Below, piece after piece: positions 11,860 to 24,445 of a DNA stretch of 64,000 bases. Where the stretch lies: NCBI RefSeq assembly GCF_006345805.1, contig NC_043012.1, positions 57,660,001 to 57,724,000 on the forward strand, in the 5' to 3' direction. The notes beneath the pieces are model-generated. The model made no database searches, was not told the origin of the DNA, and worked only from the letters and a program-made list of their open reading frames with translations. The position numbers and the translations under genes were made by a program. The number at the start of each line of letters is the position of its first letter. Positions within the stretch are counted from its first letter, which is position 1. This DNA is from Octopus sinensis (lineage: Eukaryota).

Positions 11860-12094
11860 TTGAACTCAGAACGTAAAGAGCCAGAGGAAATATCGCTAAA
11901 CATTTTGTCCAGTGCAGTAAAGATTTTGCTAGATCACCGCTTTATTTTTAAAATTAAATAATGATTTTTTTTGGTATCAAATTGGAGCCTAGGAGAGGAT
12001 TTGGCTGTTATCTCAAAATATCAGCTGATCGAGAAGCTTACAACTTTGATTCAGATAATTCTGTCTTACCGTCACCATCGGTTATAATTCTCTA

Positions 12095-12315
12095 AATGAT
12101 TAGTTTCAAATTTTGACACAAGGTCAGCAATTTTGAAGGAGCGTCTAAGTCGATTACATCGACCACAGTGCATAACTGGTACTTATTTCATCCACCTCTA
12201 AAGGATGAAAGGCAAAGTCGATCTCGGCGGAGTTCGAACTCAGAATATAAAGCCGGACTAAATTTCTTAAGGCATTTTGTTCGGCTTGCTAACAATTTTG
12301 TCAGCTCACTGCCTT
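12095..12315 (-). mobile_element. SINE family D
   Basis: aaggatgaaaggcaaagtcgatctcggcggagttcgaactcaga. Confidence 0.8.
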
Positions 12316-12493
12316 ATATTTCTCCAATGAGGAACATTTAATTGTTCAAACACCTGATCTCCTAATCGTGAAATTTGCATGTAAATGGTTGAGTATCCCA
12401 CACATATTTGTATTCTTAAGCCGAATTCTTGGGCCGAAGCACGAAATAGCGTGACAATGTGATTAAACTGGACATTAAAATTACAGGTACATT

Positions 12494-12544
<51 letters not shown>

Positions 12545-12879
12545 AAGAGAGAAAGAGAGAGGGAGAGAGAAAAGAAAGGAACAAACCCAGGATTAGACAA
12601 GAATCGATCTTGAAAAAATAAAACGGATGAAATGTAAAATTGATCCCCAGCAAAATTTGAACTCTAAACTCATAGAGATGCAATAAAATAGAGCAAAGTA
12701 TTCTACACGGTTTTCTTATGATTTCGCCAGTTTGTTTCCGAGATGCATCAGAAGGTCAGTAGAGTTTTATTAGTAGAAAAACTGTAATAAATGATTACAT
12801 CGAATCTGGACCAGGACGCCTCTTCGTGGTCGCTCAAGCAGCTAAAAGCAGCAGCGAAATACCCAACACCATTCTCTTT

Positions 12880-13365
12880 CCCTCCCTCCCTCTCTCTCTT
12901 TCTGCATGTACCATGCTTGCAAGCGTTGGCAATCATGGACCTCTACTTCAAGATCTGGCGATCCTTAATTTTTCCCTTCAGAGACAGAAGTAGATCCCCA
13001 CTGTCCTCTGCCAGACTATTTACTGTTTACTCTGTGAGCCTCCTGTTTTTCCCTGGCTAACCCTTGACGCACAGGGCCTATTTAACCCTTAGTCAAATGG
13101 ACTGATTTATATGACATCAGAGCATGTCCACAAACATCCCGTGGGCCTGTGTGACACATGTCTAGAGACCAGCCCCACCTCGAAGTTTTGCATGCTTTAC
13201 TCACAAACGTCTGCTGCTCTTCGCTTCATAACTTCGACAGAAATTACCTCCCTGGGCCAAAACAGGACTGAAAATAGTGATGGTAGCTAAGGAACAGCTC
13301 CACAGCCTCCAAATTTCTAAAAGCCCCAGCTGAAGCCTTATCACCGAATGCTGTTTAATATTTTG
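12880..13365 (-). mobile_element. Possible ancient L1/Tx1 3' remnant
   Basis: Scattered minus-strand peptides (SAGAFRNL, FGPG, IVWQRT, REKLRI) in the order expected for the ORF2 C-terminus of these elements; very weak. Confidence 0.3.
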
Positions 13366-13369
13366 CCCA

Positions 13370-13590
13370 GTGTAAGGAGGCGAGCTTGCAGAGTCGTTAG
13401 TACGCCGAGCATAATGCCTGGCGGCATTTCCTCCATCTTCGTGCTCTGAGTTCAAATTCCGCCAAGGTCGTCTTCACCTTTCATACTTTCGGATCGATAA
13501 AATAAATACCAGTTGACTATTGAGGTGGCTGTAATCGACTTACCCATGACCTCGAAATTGCAAGCCTTGTGTCAAAACTTGAAACCTGTA
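13370..13590 (+). mobile_element. SINE family D
   Basis: ggcgagcttgcagagtcgttag...ctgagttcaaattccgcc...ccttgtgtcaaaacttgaaac. Confidence 0.8.
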
Positions 13591-13654
13591 TCTTGCCCAG
13601 GGTGTTATAGAACTAATTAAAAACAGAGACTTTTTTTTATATCAGCATATATAT

Positions 13655-13711
<57 letters not shown>

Positions 13712-13895
13712 GACCTCTAAAACGTGGAGTAGATGAAACAAAGGCGACTGAAGAAGGGGAATTTTCCTTGTTTTGTATATTCCGTACTCTATTTTTTCGT
13801 TGTTTGAGAAAAATGTCCAGTTCCTTGGTTTTGTGTTTATGTTTTCGTTTCTCGTTGTGTTCGATGTTTTTTTGGTGTCCTGTACCCATATATGC
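13712..13895 (+). mobile_element. Penelope-type terminal/3' repeat fragment between TA tracts
   Basis: T-rich tail following ctgaagaagggga, flanked by (TA)n; class inferred. Confidence 0.35.
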
Positions 13896-14123
13896 ATGTA
13901 TATATACACGTAGAGGTAGGTACGTACATATATGTATGTATATATGCATATGTTTTATTTATTTATTAATTTATATATATATATATATGTATATACATAT
14001 ATTAAAAATTAAGAAAAACACAACAAACGGAAAATTTTACAAAATCACAACAGTCAGAAAATTCGTAGCTAATTCCTCATCGGTCAACGTCCAAAAGATC
14101 ATTACAACACACACACGCACACA

Positions 14124-14186
<63 letters not shown>

Positions 14187-14744
14187 TTGTACGTTTAAAT
14201 ATCAATGCCACACGCTTGTACGACACGTACAGCCCACACTCCTCCCACCAAATCTGATATCCAGTGACAAACCAAGGCAAGATGACTGGATGATTATGGA
14301 GGGCGCATGTTTTATCATCCCGGAGTATAACCTCTCCAGTGGTTTTATATCAGAGTGTCCTCCCAGTCTTTGCCCAACAAAAGGCTAACTGCATGATAGC
14401 AGTGAAGGATTTGAATTCACAGTTATCTTCTCCTTGACAGATTGATCACGGCTTTATCAAACCTAGGAGCTCCATCTACACCTTTAACTACATCAACAAA
14501 TACACACAAGTCAAATAAAATACAAAACGTAAATATACAAATATATATATATATATAAATCTATGCTGATTCACCAGAAGCGATAAATCATTGGACTCAA
14601 TACAGATGTAGAGTTAAAGAAATTTTAATTGAAGGGCTCCTCTGATCATCAAATTCATAAACCGAACCTGTTTTTCTTTTCAGCTGACGATCGGAAACGA
14701 GTAACTTTGATTGCAGGAGACTGAAAGCTTTCAGTTGTTATGCA

Positions 14745-14776
<32 letters not shown>

Positions 14777-14798
14777 CATACATACACACACACACACA

Positions 14799-14876
<78 letters not shown>

Positions 14877-15485
14877 GTATATGTATATATGTATATATAT
14901 GTATATATGTTATATGTATATATGTATATACATATATACATATATATATATACACACCACATATATATATATGTATATGTATATGTATATAATATATATA
15001 TGCATACGTATTTACATATATAAGTATTTATGTATGTATGTATGTATGTATGTATATATGTATGTATGACTCATTGTCTATTACTGTATGTATGTCTGTT
15101 TCTCTTCCTCTGTGTGTGTGTGTGTGTGTGTGTATAGCAAGTCTGAAAGTGTCAATGCTCTCAACTGACCAAGCTATAGAAACAATGCCTACAACCAGTA
15201 GTAGTAGTAGTAGTAGTAACACAAAGACAATGTATGATGTAAAAAAACAAAAATACCAAAAAAAACCCTAACAAAAACAAAGAAAACAAATAAGTAAAAA
15301 CTGCTCGAAATTTGTGTAATTGACTGCAACAGTAGCATCATCAATCATGCCAGAATGAAAAATAAAGTAAGTTAGAAATGGCGATTGATCTGGTGGTCGT
15401 AGATATTTCGCTTTTACATAATATATTTCTAAAGATGTTGTTACAGCAAATGTTGTTAAAAATATTACACGCCCAGCCCACACAG

Positions 15486-15592
<107 letters not shown>

Positions 15593-16559
15593 CATATATT
15601 ATATATATATACATACACACACACATATATATATACATATATACATATACATATGTGTGTGTGGGTGGGTGGAGGTGGAGTGGGGGTGCGTGTATTAATG
15701 TATCTATGTATGTATATATACATACATATATATTTGTACATATACATATTTACATACAAATATATGTAAATATATATATGTATATCTCTCTCTATCTCTG
15801 TATGTATATATATATATATATATATGAATGTACGTATTTATTTATATATTTGTACACATATATGTATTTATATGTACGTGAGTGTGTGTGTATATACATA
15901 TATATATATACACACACACATATGCATCTGTGTGTCTATATCTGCACAGCGGCACAGACATCCACATATATACATACACACACATTTATATAGGTATGTA
16001 TGTATATTCATATATATATATGTGTGTGTGTGTTGTGTGGTGTGTGTGTGTGTGTCTGTGTGTCTGTGTATGTATATATTTAAATACTTGCGCACATATA
16101 CATCCACGTTTGTAATTGTTCATACTATTAGCTTCATCTAAACGATAACTCATTGCAGACAGTTAGACATTTAACACACACACACATACTTGCATACACA
16201 AATATATACACAACATAGTACTTATATACGTATGTGTGTATATATATATATATGTGTGTGTACGTATCTCTGTGTGTATGTGTGTGTAAGTGTTTGTATC
16301 TATGTGTATGAGAGACTAAACTCTTCTGTGGAACTCCTCCAATCTCAGATTATTTCACCCCGCAGTGGAGACATTCTAAATCATTTTTAGACAATGGTAT
16401 TTCCAATGATTGAACTACTTCGTCTTTAAGATATAATTTTTCTTAATTCAACAATAAGTCTATTCCAATACTTTTCATTAATCTGGTTTTGAAACTATTC
16501 TTTATTCTTATCAGTTTTTATCGAAATATTAAGCTAAAAAATAAATCACCACCAAAACA

Positions 16560-16737
<178 letters not shown>

Positions 16738-17015
16738 TTTATAACTATTGATTTATTGTTTTTCTATTTGAATATTTTCCAGGAAGAAGTTTCCAAAATG
16801 AATTTTTATTTTCATGTCGGTGTAACGAAGAATTCTCCTTTTAATAATTGCATATCAACTTTTTATATCGACACCTTAGAAAGACTACAATCGTACGAAT
16901 CCTCCGGGAGGCATACACAGCCAGAACGAGGCTGAAAGTGTCGTCTGTCTTGGAGGGACGATGACCTACGTTTTAGTTCAAATGGAAGAATATTGCTTTC
17001 TCAGCAACCGGCAGT

Positions 17016-17141
17016 TTTAATTAGTTATATATCGTCGTGTATGCTTAGAGAAGGAAGAGTTTGTGATGTGCTTGCATCTTTAATTAGCTACATTTCGTCG
17101 TATATGCTTAGGGAAGGAAGTATTTGTGGTCTGCTTACATC
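17016..17141. repeat. 63-bp direct tandem duplication
   Basis: tttaattag(t/c)ta(t/c)at(a/t)tcgtcgt(g/a)tatgcttag(a/g)gaaggaag at 17016 and 17079. Confidence 0.85.
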
Positions 17142-17696
17142 AATGTAACACAACATGCACCTATATCCTCAGGTTGACATCGGGTTATTAAAGAATGGAG
17201 TGCTAGAGAAATGAAAAGTTCCAAGCCAACACATTTCTTTTCTAAATCGCAATGCCAGTTATAGAAAGCATCCAATTAATGCAATAAAGCAAAAGTAAAA
17301 AAAGCAAAAAATAAATAAATAAAAGTAAAAAAAAAAGACAACTCTCAGAAACGGAACAGACAATAACGAACCGCAAGTGACATTTTTCTGATCTTTTTCT
17401 TTGAATTCTATAACTTGCCACAAAGCGACAAGACAGGAAGCTTTGAGCTCTAGCGATTAATTACAGCAGGAGCTTATAAACAGGGCAATTTGTAACTTTC
17501 TTTGATTGAAAGATTGTCATGGCAGATAGTCAAAGACTTGGCTTTTCACAAGAAATACAAATTTACTTTGCGTTAGGTTCCCAAGGGGAAAGAGACTTAT
17601 AGATAAAATAAATAAATAAATAAATTCCTCTGACTTTTGGTAGAAACGATTCCGTTGGTCATGAAACAATATTGATTGCTGTAACATAAGTATCTG

Positions 17697-18316
17697 GTGA
17701 CATTGCCTGTAACATATTTATTGACATTGCTTGTAACATATTTAGTGACACAGCCTGTAACATATTTAATGACATTGCTTGTAACATATTTAGTGACACA
17801 GCCTGTAACATATTTAATGACATTGCTTGTAACATATTTAGTGACATTGCCTGCAACATATTTAGTGACATTGCCCGTAACATATTTAGTGACATTGCCC
17901 GTAACATATTTAGTGACATTGCCTGTAACATATTTAGTGACATTGCCCGTAACATATTTAGTGACATTACCAGTAACATATTTAGTGACATTGCCTGTAA
18001 CACATTTAGTGACATTGCCTGTAACATATCTAGTGACATTGCCTGTAGCATATTTAGTGACATTACCTGTAACATATTTAGTGACATTGCCTGTAACACA
18101 TTTAGTGACATTGCCTGTAACATATCTAGTGACATTGCCCGTAACATATTTAGTGACATTACCAGTAACATATTTAGTGACATTGCATGTAACACATTTA
18201 GTGACATTGCCTGTAACATATCTAGTGACATTGCCTGTAACATATTTAGTGACATTGCCTATAACATATTTAGTGACATTGCTTGTAACATAGTGACATT
18301 GCCTGTAACATATGTA
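17697..18316. repeat. 24-bp minisatellite (GTGACATTGCCTGTAACATATTTA, 26 units) with a higher-order pattern
   Basis: Units counted by hand, starts at 17697+24n; attgattgct at 17671 and 18322 flanks the array. Confidence 0.97.
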
Positions 18317-18409
18317 GCAGCATTGATTGCTTACTTGTCTTGGAGAGCATCTATGAATTCAAACCTTTTCCCAATTTACAAGAACAAGCATTATTCTTGT
18401 GTCTAAACT

Positions 18410-18730
18410 AAGATTCCTTTCTAATTTTTGTGCAAAGCCAACAATTTTTGAAGGGAGAAAGGCAATTTCATCGACCCCAGTGCAATTGGTTCTTATTTTA
18501 TCGACCCCGAAAAAACAAAGAGCAAAGCTGACCTCGGTGAGATTTGAACTAATTATGTAAAGAGTTAAGTGTTTTGTTCGACGCGCTGAAGATTCTGTCA
18601 GATCATCACCATAATTGTTCAATATTGGCTTCAAATTTTGACACAAGGCCAGTAATATTGGGGGAGGGATAAATCGATGACATCAACCCCAGTACTCAAG
18701 TGGTACTTATTTTATCGACCCTGAAATGAC
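18410..18730 (-). mobile_element. SINE family D, two tandem degenerate copies
   Basis: gcaaagccaacaatttt...tttatcgacccc repeated. Confidence 0.7.
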
Positions 18731-19014
18731 GAGAGGACTTCTGTATGGATATAAAACTACACATTTCGGGGGATGGAGGAACATATATAATTATATGGCT
18801 CCTTGGCATATGACTGGTATTTATTTTAGGTAACTCAGAAAACTAAAAAGCGAGAATGACCTTGTCATCGAGATTCGAAACCGGAACGTATTCATTCTAA
18901 CAAGTTTGATAATCCACTGCCCCACCATCCCAACGCCATTTTGACTATCATTCTAGCTAGTCTACTAATACCCCATAATTTCGGTCAATCTTCTATTACT
19001 TTATTCTTGGTTAT

Positions 19015-19455
19015 AAGGCGGTGAGCTAGCAGAATCGTTAATGCATCGAAAATAATGCTTTGCAGCGTTTCTTGCGGTAATTTACGTTCTGAGTTCAAAT
19101 GCTGCCTAAGTCGACTCTGTCTTTTATCGTATTGAGGCCTTTGAAATAAAGTTCCAGTCAAGTACTGGGGTCGATGAAATCGATTTCCAACTCTCCTCAA
19201 AACTGCCGACTTTGCGCCAAAATTTGAAACCGTTATTAGTAATTGTATAGAGCTGGCGGAATCGTTCGAGCGTCGAACAAAATGCCTAGCGCCGTTTTAT
19301 TTTTTCCGGCAGTTACCATTCTGAGCTGAAATACTGACGAGGCCTTTTATCTTTAGGGATAAAATAGAATACCGGTCAATTATTGGAGGTCGATGTGATG
19401 CAATTTCCCCCTCCCCTTAAAAGTGGTCCTTTTTTGCCAAAATTTGAAACCATGG
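19015..19455 (+). mobile_element. SINE family D, two tandem copies
   Basis: aggcggtgagctagcagaatcgtt and gagctggcggaatcgtt heads; both end gccaaaatttgaaacc. Confidence 0.8.
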
Positions 19456-19649
19456 CCGAATCATAATACCCTTTGAAAATATTTTGCCGTAATTTTTCTG
19501 ATTATTTACTGTTAAGAGTTCAAATCCTGGTGATATCAGCTTTGCCTGTCATCATTTTGTTGTCGACAAAATTAAGTACCAGTCGAGTACTGAGGTCCAA
19601 GTTATCACAAACCTCTTCCTCTCAAATCAATAAGCCTTATATACATACA

Positions 19650-19691
<42 letters not shown>

Positions 19692-19716
19692 GTGTGGGTG
19701 TGTGTGTGTGTGTATA

Positions 19717-19768
<52 letters not shown>

Positions 19769-20456
19769 TATATATATATATATATATATATGAGCATATA
19801 TATATATACACACATACACAACGTACATATAATTTTTGGTTGTGTTAAATAACAAACCATATCTGTCTATATCTTTCTATATATGTATACATATATGCAT
19901 ACATATCTTTCTATATATATATACATATACACGTGTGTGTATCCACACATACATACACACACAAAAATGTATGTATGATTGTATACGTCTATCAAATATG
20001 TCAAATCAAATATGAAAAAGAAAAGAAAAGAAAAAAATTATTCAATTTTCCGAGACTGATCAATTTACATTATATCAATAAACAGCAAGGTGTGCACATG
20101 AAATTTTGAAATGACCAGGAAAAACTCAACAATGAAATAACTTATATTTTTTAATACTTTATGTAGTTTATTGCAATTTTATACAATATTATTTCCAATG
20201 AAATTAAACCACGGCTGCAGAAATTGCTTTCTTTTAATTTAACACAGCAGCTCTTTTTTTAAATTTTTTTTCTTCAAGTGCAAGGAAAATATATTTCAAA
20301 ATATATTTCATATATTTTCCTCTCAAGATTATTAAATGTGTTTGTGAAATACAATAGCTTCGTTTTAAAATGGAAATCACATTCTGGGCCAAGTTCCCTG
20401 TGTTGTGAAATATCGTTGTGTGATGTATATACACACACATCCTACAGGTGTGTATG

Positions 20457-20531
<75 letters not shown>

Positions 20532-20581
20532 CATACATACATATAAATATGTGTGTGTGTGTGTGCATGTGTGTGTGTGTG

Positions 20582-20810
20582 TAGAGGCGCGTGGCTTAGT
20601 GGTTAGGATGTCAGCATCATGATCGTAAGATTGTGGTTTCGATTCCTGGACCGGGTGACGCGTTGTGTTCTTGAGCAAAACACTTCATTTCACGTTGCTC
20701 CAGTCCACTCAGCTGGCAAAAATGAGTAACGCTGCGATGGACTGGCGTCCCGTCCAACTGGAGAGCACATACGCAATTGAAACCGGGAAACCGAGCTCAT
20801 GAGCCTGGCT
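20582..20810 (+). mobile_element. SINE family B head and core with a family-C-like tail
   Basis: ggcgcgtggcttagtggttagg A box, ggtttcgattcc B box; tail ggactggcgtcccgtcca...gaaaccgggaaaccg shared with family C. Confidence 0.85.
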
Positions 20811-20899
20811 AGGGACACAATGTGCCGCTAGGAATTGAATTCATGACCTTGCGATTGTGAGCCCAATACTCTATTCACTAAATCACGCAACTTCACCTC

Positions 20900-21712
20900 A
20901 TATATATATATATATACAAAAATGAGGCAAAAACGCAAAACAACCAGACAGTTAGGTGATACAAAAAAGGGACAACAAAACTTTCAGACAGACAGTTACA
21001 ATGAAAACAAGGACGGGTTATTCGGAGTTTTCTTTCCTCAGTCGAGTTCCAGATTATCTTTGCAATTTCGGCTGGTTATACTCGATATACGAAAACAAAG
21101 ACGGAAAAAACAGAGGAATGACACAAAAATACAAATTACAGGACACTAACAAACAGGTGTCTTTCGACTAAGGAAGAATCAAATTAAGCTGACATATGTG
21201 GAAGTAAAGCCTTACGGCAGAGGTACAAGATTTTACAGGCACAGGGTGGAATACAGATTTTGCACGGATGGTAGTCGAACCATGAAAGAAAGATCAGGCT
21301 TGGCCGAACACCGTCACGTGGGAAGAGAAGAGAGGTAGAGGCAGAGGGATAGAAGAATTAAGGAGGGGCGCGAAAAAATGAAAGGGACAGAGTAAAGTGA
21401 AAGAAGAGGGAAGGTGAGCATGAAGAGAAGGCCAGGAAATGTGAGAGAGGGGGAAGGAAAGAATAAAGAGTGGAATGAACGAAGTAAGTTTGAAGGGGCT
21501 GATAGAAAGATGGAAAGAATAAAAGAATAAAGTTGTACAAAATTTAGATATATATATACTTACATATAAGAGACCAAAGTGTATGTACACCGCTATATTT
21601 ATATATATAAAAAACGCATTAACATCAAGACAGACGATAGAAAGAAAACAAGGACGGGTCATTCGGAGCTTTCTTTCCTCAGTCAAGTTCCAGATTATCT
21701 TTGAGATATATA
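20900..21712 (-). mobile_element. Non-coding element with ~60-100 bp direct terminal repeats (Penelope pseudo-LTR-like)
   Basis: gaaaacaaggacgggt(t/c)attcggag(t/c)tttctttcctcagtc(g/a)agttccagattatctttg at 21003 and 21644; both ends in TA tracts. Confidence 0.55.
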
Positions 21713-21714
21713 TA

Positions 21715-21915
21715 GTTACTACTGCCCTCAGTGTTCTTGTTAGAGCTCCTACACAGACTAACTAGAAGAGAGATACCGAGGATGGCATGTGTTGATGTCT
21801 TAAGCACAGAAACTGGTCTCTAGGTGACACAGGACATGGCAGCGATGATGAGAGACAATGGCCGCTGGAGAGAACTCGTTCATGGATTTCGGGAATTTTA
21901 CCCGCCCTAGGTAGA
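21715..21915 (+). mobile_element. RTE-clade LINE 3' end
   Basis: Translates CVDVLSTETGL*VTQDMAAMMRDNGRWRELVHGFRE, resembling RTE/RTE-X ORF2 C-termini (YVD.L..DTGL...M.DR..WR.LV). Confidence 0.6.
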
Positions 21916-21920
21916 TAGAC

Positions 21921-22250
21921 ATGAAGGCGCATGACTCAGTAATTAGAGAGTCGGGCCCACAATCATGAAATACTGGACCCGGCTGTGTGTTGTGTTCTTC
22001 AGCAAAACACTTTATTTCAAGTTGCTTCAGTTCACTCAACTGCAGGAATGATCTGCGACGTCAATGGTGCTAAGTTGTATCAGTTTTTGTGTTTCCCTTG
22101 GATAACATCAGTGGCATGGAGAGGAGGGTCTGGTATGCATAAGCAACTGTTGGTCTTCTTTAAACAACCTTGTCCAGACTTGTGCCTCGGAGGGGAACTT
22201 TCTAGGCGCAATCTCATGATCATTCATGACTGATGGGGGTCTTTACCCTT
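21921..22250 (+). mobile_element. SINE family B
   Basis: Homologous to 4452-4762, ends gggggtctttacc. Confidence 0.85.
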
Positions 22251-22252
22251 TA

Positions 22253-22466
22253 CAGTAATTCCTCGCCATATCGCGGTTCACCAATCGCAGTTTATTCTTT
22301 AAGCTTATGTCAATTCCTCCGTGGTGTTGTTTTGCATTTATGATAAAAAAATATATACCAATTATAAAAAAAAACATATACAGTACAATACTGTTTCTAC
22401 TTCGCAGATTTTCACCTATCGCGGGGTTTTTGGAGCGTAACACCCGCGATAGTCGAGGGATTACTG
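22253..22466. mobile_element. pogo/Tigger-like MITE (214 bp), TA target duplication
   Basis: TIRs cagtaattcctcgccatatcgcgg / ccgcgatagtcgagggattactg, TA on both sides. Confidence 0.85.
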
Positions 22467-22544
22467 TATATATATATATATATATATATTATATATCTGT
22501 CCAGTCAGCCACCATAGTTGACTGCTAGCTCCAAAAGCCTTTTT

Positions 22545-22701
22545 TTAAAATTCTTTCTCTGTTTACTCCTCATGTTCCTTTCTGTTGAAGAGCGTAGGCT
22601 CGAAACGTAAAATACTTTTTCACCTTACCGAGCATTAATCTAATACACCTGTTTGTTGTTTATACACCTTTCTTCGTCTTGTGTTTTTCTGTAAATTTCA
22701 G

Positions 22702-22703
<2 letters not shown>
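22545..22703 (+). mobile_element. Penelope-type terminal repeat fragment ending in (TA)n
   Basis: Carries the gaagagcgtaggctcgaaacgt motif, then a T-rich tail into (TA)n. Confidence 0.6.
22579..22612 (+). ncRNA. Minimal hammerhead-like motif (atypical core)
   Basis: UUU CUGUUGA A GAGC guag GCUC GAA ACGU A/AAA; palindromic ACGU stem III, GUA triplet, A6 is U. Confidence 0.5.
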
Positions 22704-22734
<31 letters not shown>

Positions 22735-22736
<2 letters not shown>

Positions 22737-22910
22737 GGTCCCGGGTTGAGTCGGGGTTAACCACAGTAAATAAGGTACTCAATACATAGCAGAGTAAATT
22801 AATTTATTTTATAGAAGGAGCTTCTACAGGACTAGAACTGTTTCATTCAAAGAAATCATCATGAAACAGTTCTAGTCCTGTAGAAGCTCCTTCTATAAAA
22901 TAAATAAATA
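22735..22910. mobile_element. Penelope-type terminal repeat with a perfect 45-bp inverted duplication (22802-22846 / 22861-22905)
   Basis: Arms verified base by base; 14-nt loop; minus strand reads gatgatttctttgaatGAAACAGTTctag. Confidence 0.65.
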
Positions 22911-23289
22911 TATAATATATATATATATAGTAGAAATATGTTACAAAAAGAAAATATAAAATACACATGGAAATGTAATATAAAAAAATCAACGAAAATG
23001 CACATTGTAAAAAAAAAAAAAGGCTTTTTATGAAAGGTGACGATAAATATACACATTTAGATGGACTGAGGTAGTAATAAAAGTCATAAAAGTCATTATT
23101 ATGAGATGATTATAAAGTCCGGGATGTTCGGTCTCAATTTGGCATATTTTCTCTCCTTTGTTCAAGGAGAGACTTGATGGATTTGTGAACAGTCAACGGG
23201 ATCGGAGAGTATAAAGATTAACGCTGTAATTGAGAAAACTTCAGCTAACGTAGAAGACTAGAAGCCAGGTGAATGTTAGTAAAGAGTCA

Positions 23290-23680
23290 CCTGTGTCATG
23301 ATGATTTATGCTGGGTATCTAAATGCCGACCTCATGACTGCTGCTCAATGCTCTGTGAACACTGTAAAGATGGCTTGCCTATAACTGTGTGATGTCCCAC
23401 GTATCATGGAAACCAAGCTCCCCACCAAACTGCGATGGTCTTTGCATGATTCTCCAGTGAAGCTGACGACGTGTCACTCTACATCGTTTAACGGGGCTTT
23501 AGGCGCAATTCAGAAGGCTATGTGAGGCTGATGAAGACAGTGGTCAAACCTTGGCTGGAGAGGATTGCTACTGGAAGGCCTTATATGTGTCGGCAAGATT
23601 CAGTTCCCTGCTGTATTATCGGAAAGAGGTTGTCGAAGAAATCATACGACTTCACCGGATCCAAGTTTTCAATGTGGCAT
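23290..23680 (+). pseudogene. maT/DD37D-like Tc1-mariner transposase remnant, heavily deleted
   Basis: EGYVRLMKTVVKPWLERIATGRPYMCRQDSVPC; cf. the maT motif VVKPW..A.GRPYVFQQDSAP.H. Confidence 0.75.
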
Positions 23681-24099
23681 TTGCAATGGAGTGTAACGTT
23701 GCAATAAGTTTTCTAATATAGTCCCATGGTGTCTAATACTCACAATGTGTTTATTTAAGCAACATTTCTCACGAAATTGAATCAATAGTTACCTTTGTAT
23801 GTACTCGTGTAAGTTGCGAGTGTTTTAAAACAAAAAATACGAGGGATACAGTTGCTATATTTAATTTACCCTCATAACTTTAAAAATAAAGCTAATACCG
23901 ACGGGATTTGAACATGGTGGATTCAAAAATATTTGCCAAAAAGCTCCAAATGGTCCGACCTAACGAATCAGGCAATCAACTCGTTGTCCAACGGGAGAAA
24001 TTAGAAATTTATTCAATGATAATTATTTAATTCTAATTAATTAGAAGTGTTGCAGAATGTGCCGCTAAACATTCAAATATTCTACTTCTATGTATATAT

Positions 24100-24445
24100 A
24101 AAAGTATATATATGTATATACATACACACTCACACACACATATACATATATACGTATTTATGTATATATAGATACGTGCATGGATGGGAATACACACACA
24201 CACACACACACGCATATATATCTATCTGTCAATATATGTATATATGTGTAGGCATAAACATGTATATATAAATATATATATATATATGTATATACATACA
24301 CTCTCAAACACACATATACATATATACGTATTTATGTATATATAGATACGTGCATGGATGAGAATACACACACACACACACACACGCAATATATATATAT
24401 CTGTCAATATATTTATATATGTAGGCATAACATGTATATATATAT
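24100..24445. repeat. Two tandem copies (period 174 bp) of a microsatellite cassette
   Basis: gatacgtgcatggatg at 24171 and 24345, each followed by gtcaata...gtaggcataa. Confidence 0.9.

Noticed and set aside
13748-13775. CTGAAGA followed by a hairpin
   Set aside because: No GAAA box after the hairpin.
15662-15687. G-quadruplex-like GGGTGGGTGGAGGTGGAGTGGGGG
   Set aside because: Fewer than four clean G3 runs and embedded in a (TG)n tract.
17659-18293. 198-aa ORFs on both strands as real genes (Met-rich, reflectin-like at a glance)
   Set aside because: Period 24 is a multiple of 3; no reflectin motif or Tyr/Asp/Arg richness; ORFs start and stop with the array.
21003-21062. Hammerhead in the direct repeat (minus strand CTGAGGA...CCGAAT)
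   Set aside because: GAAT instead of GAAA and no consistent stems I and III.
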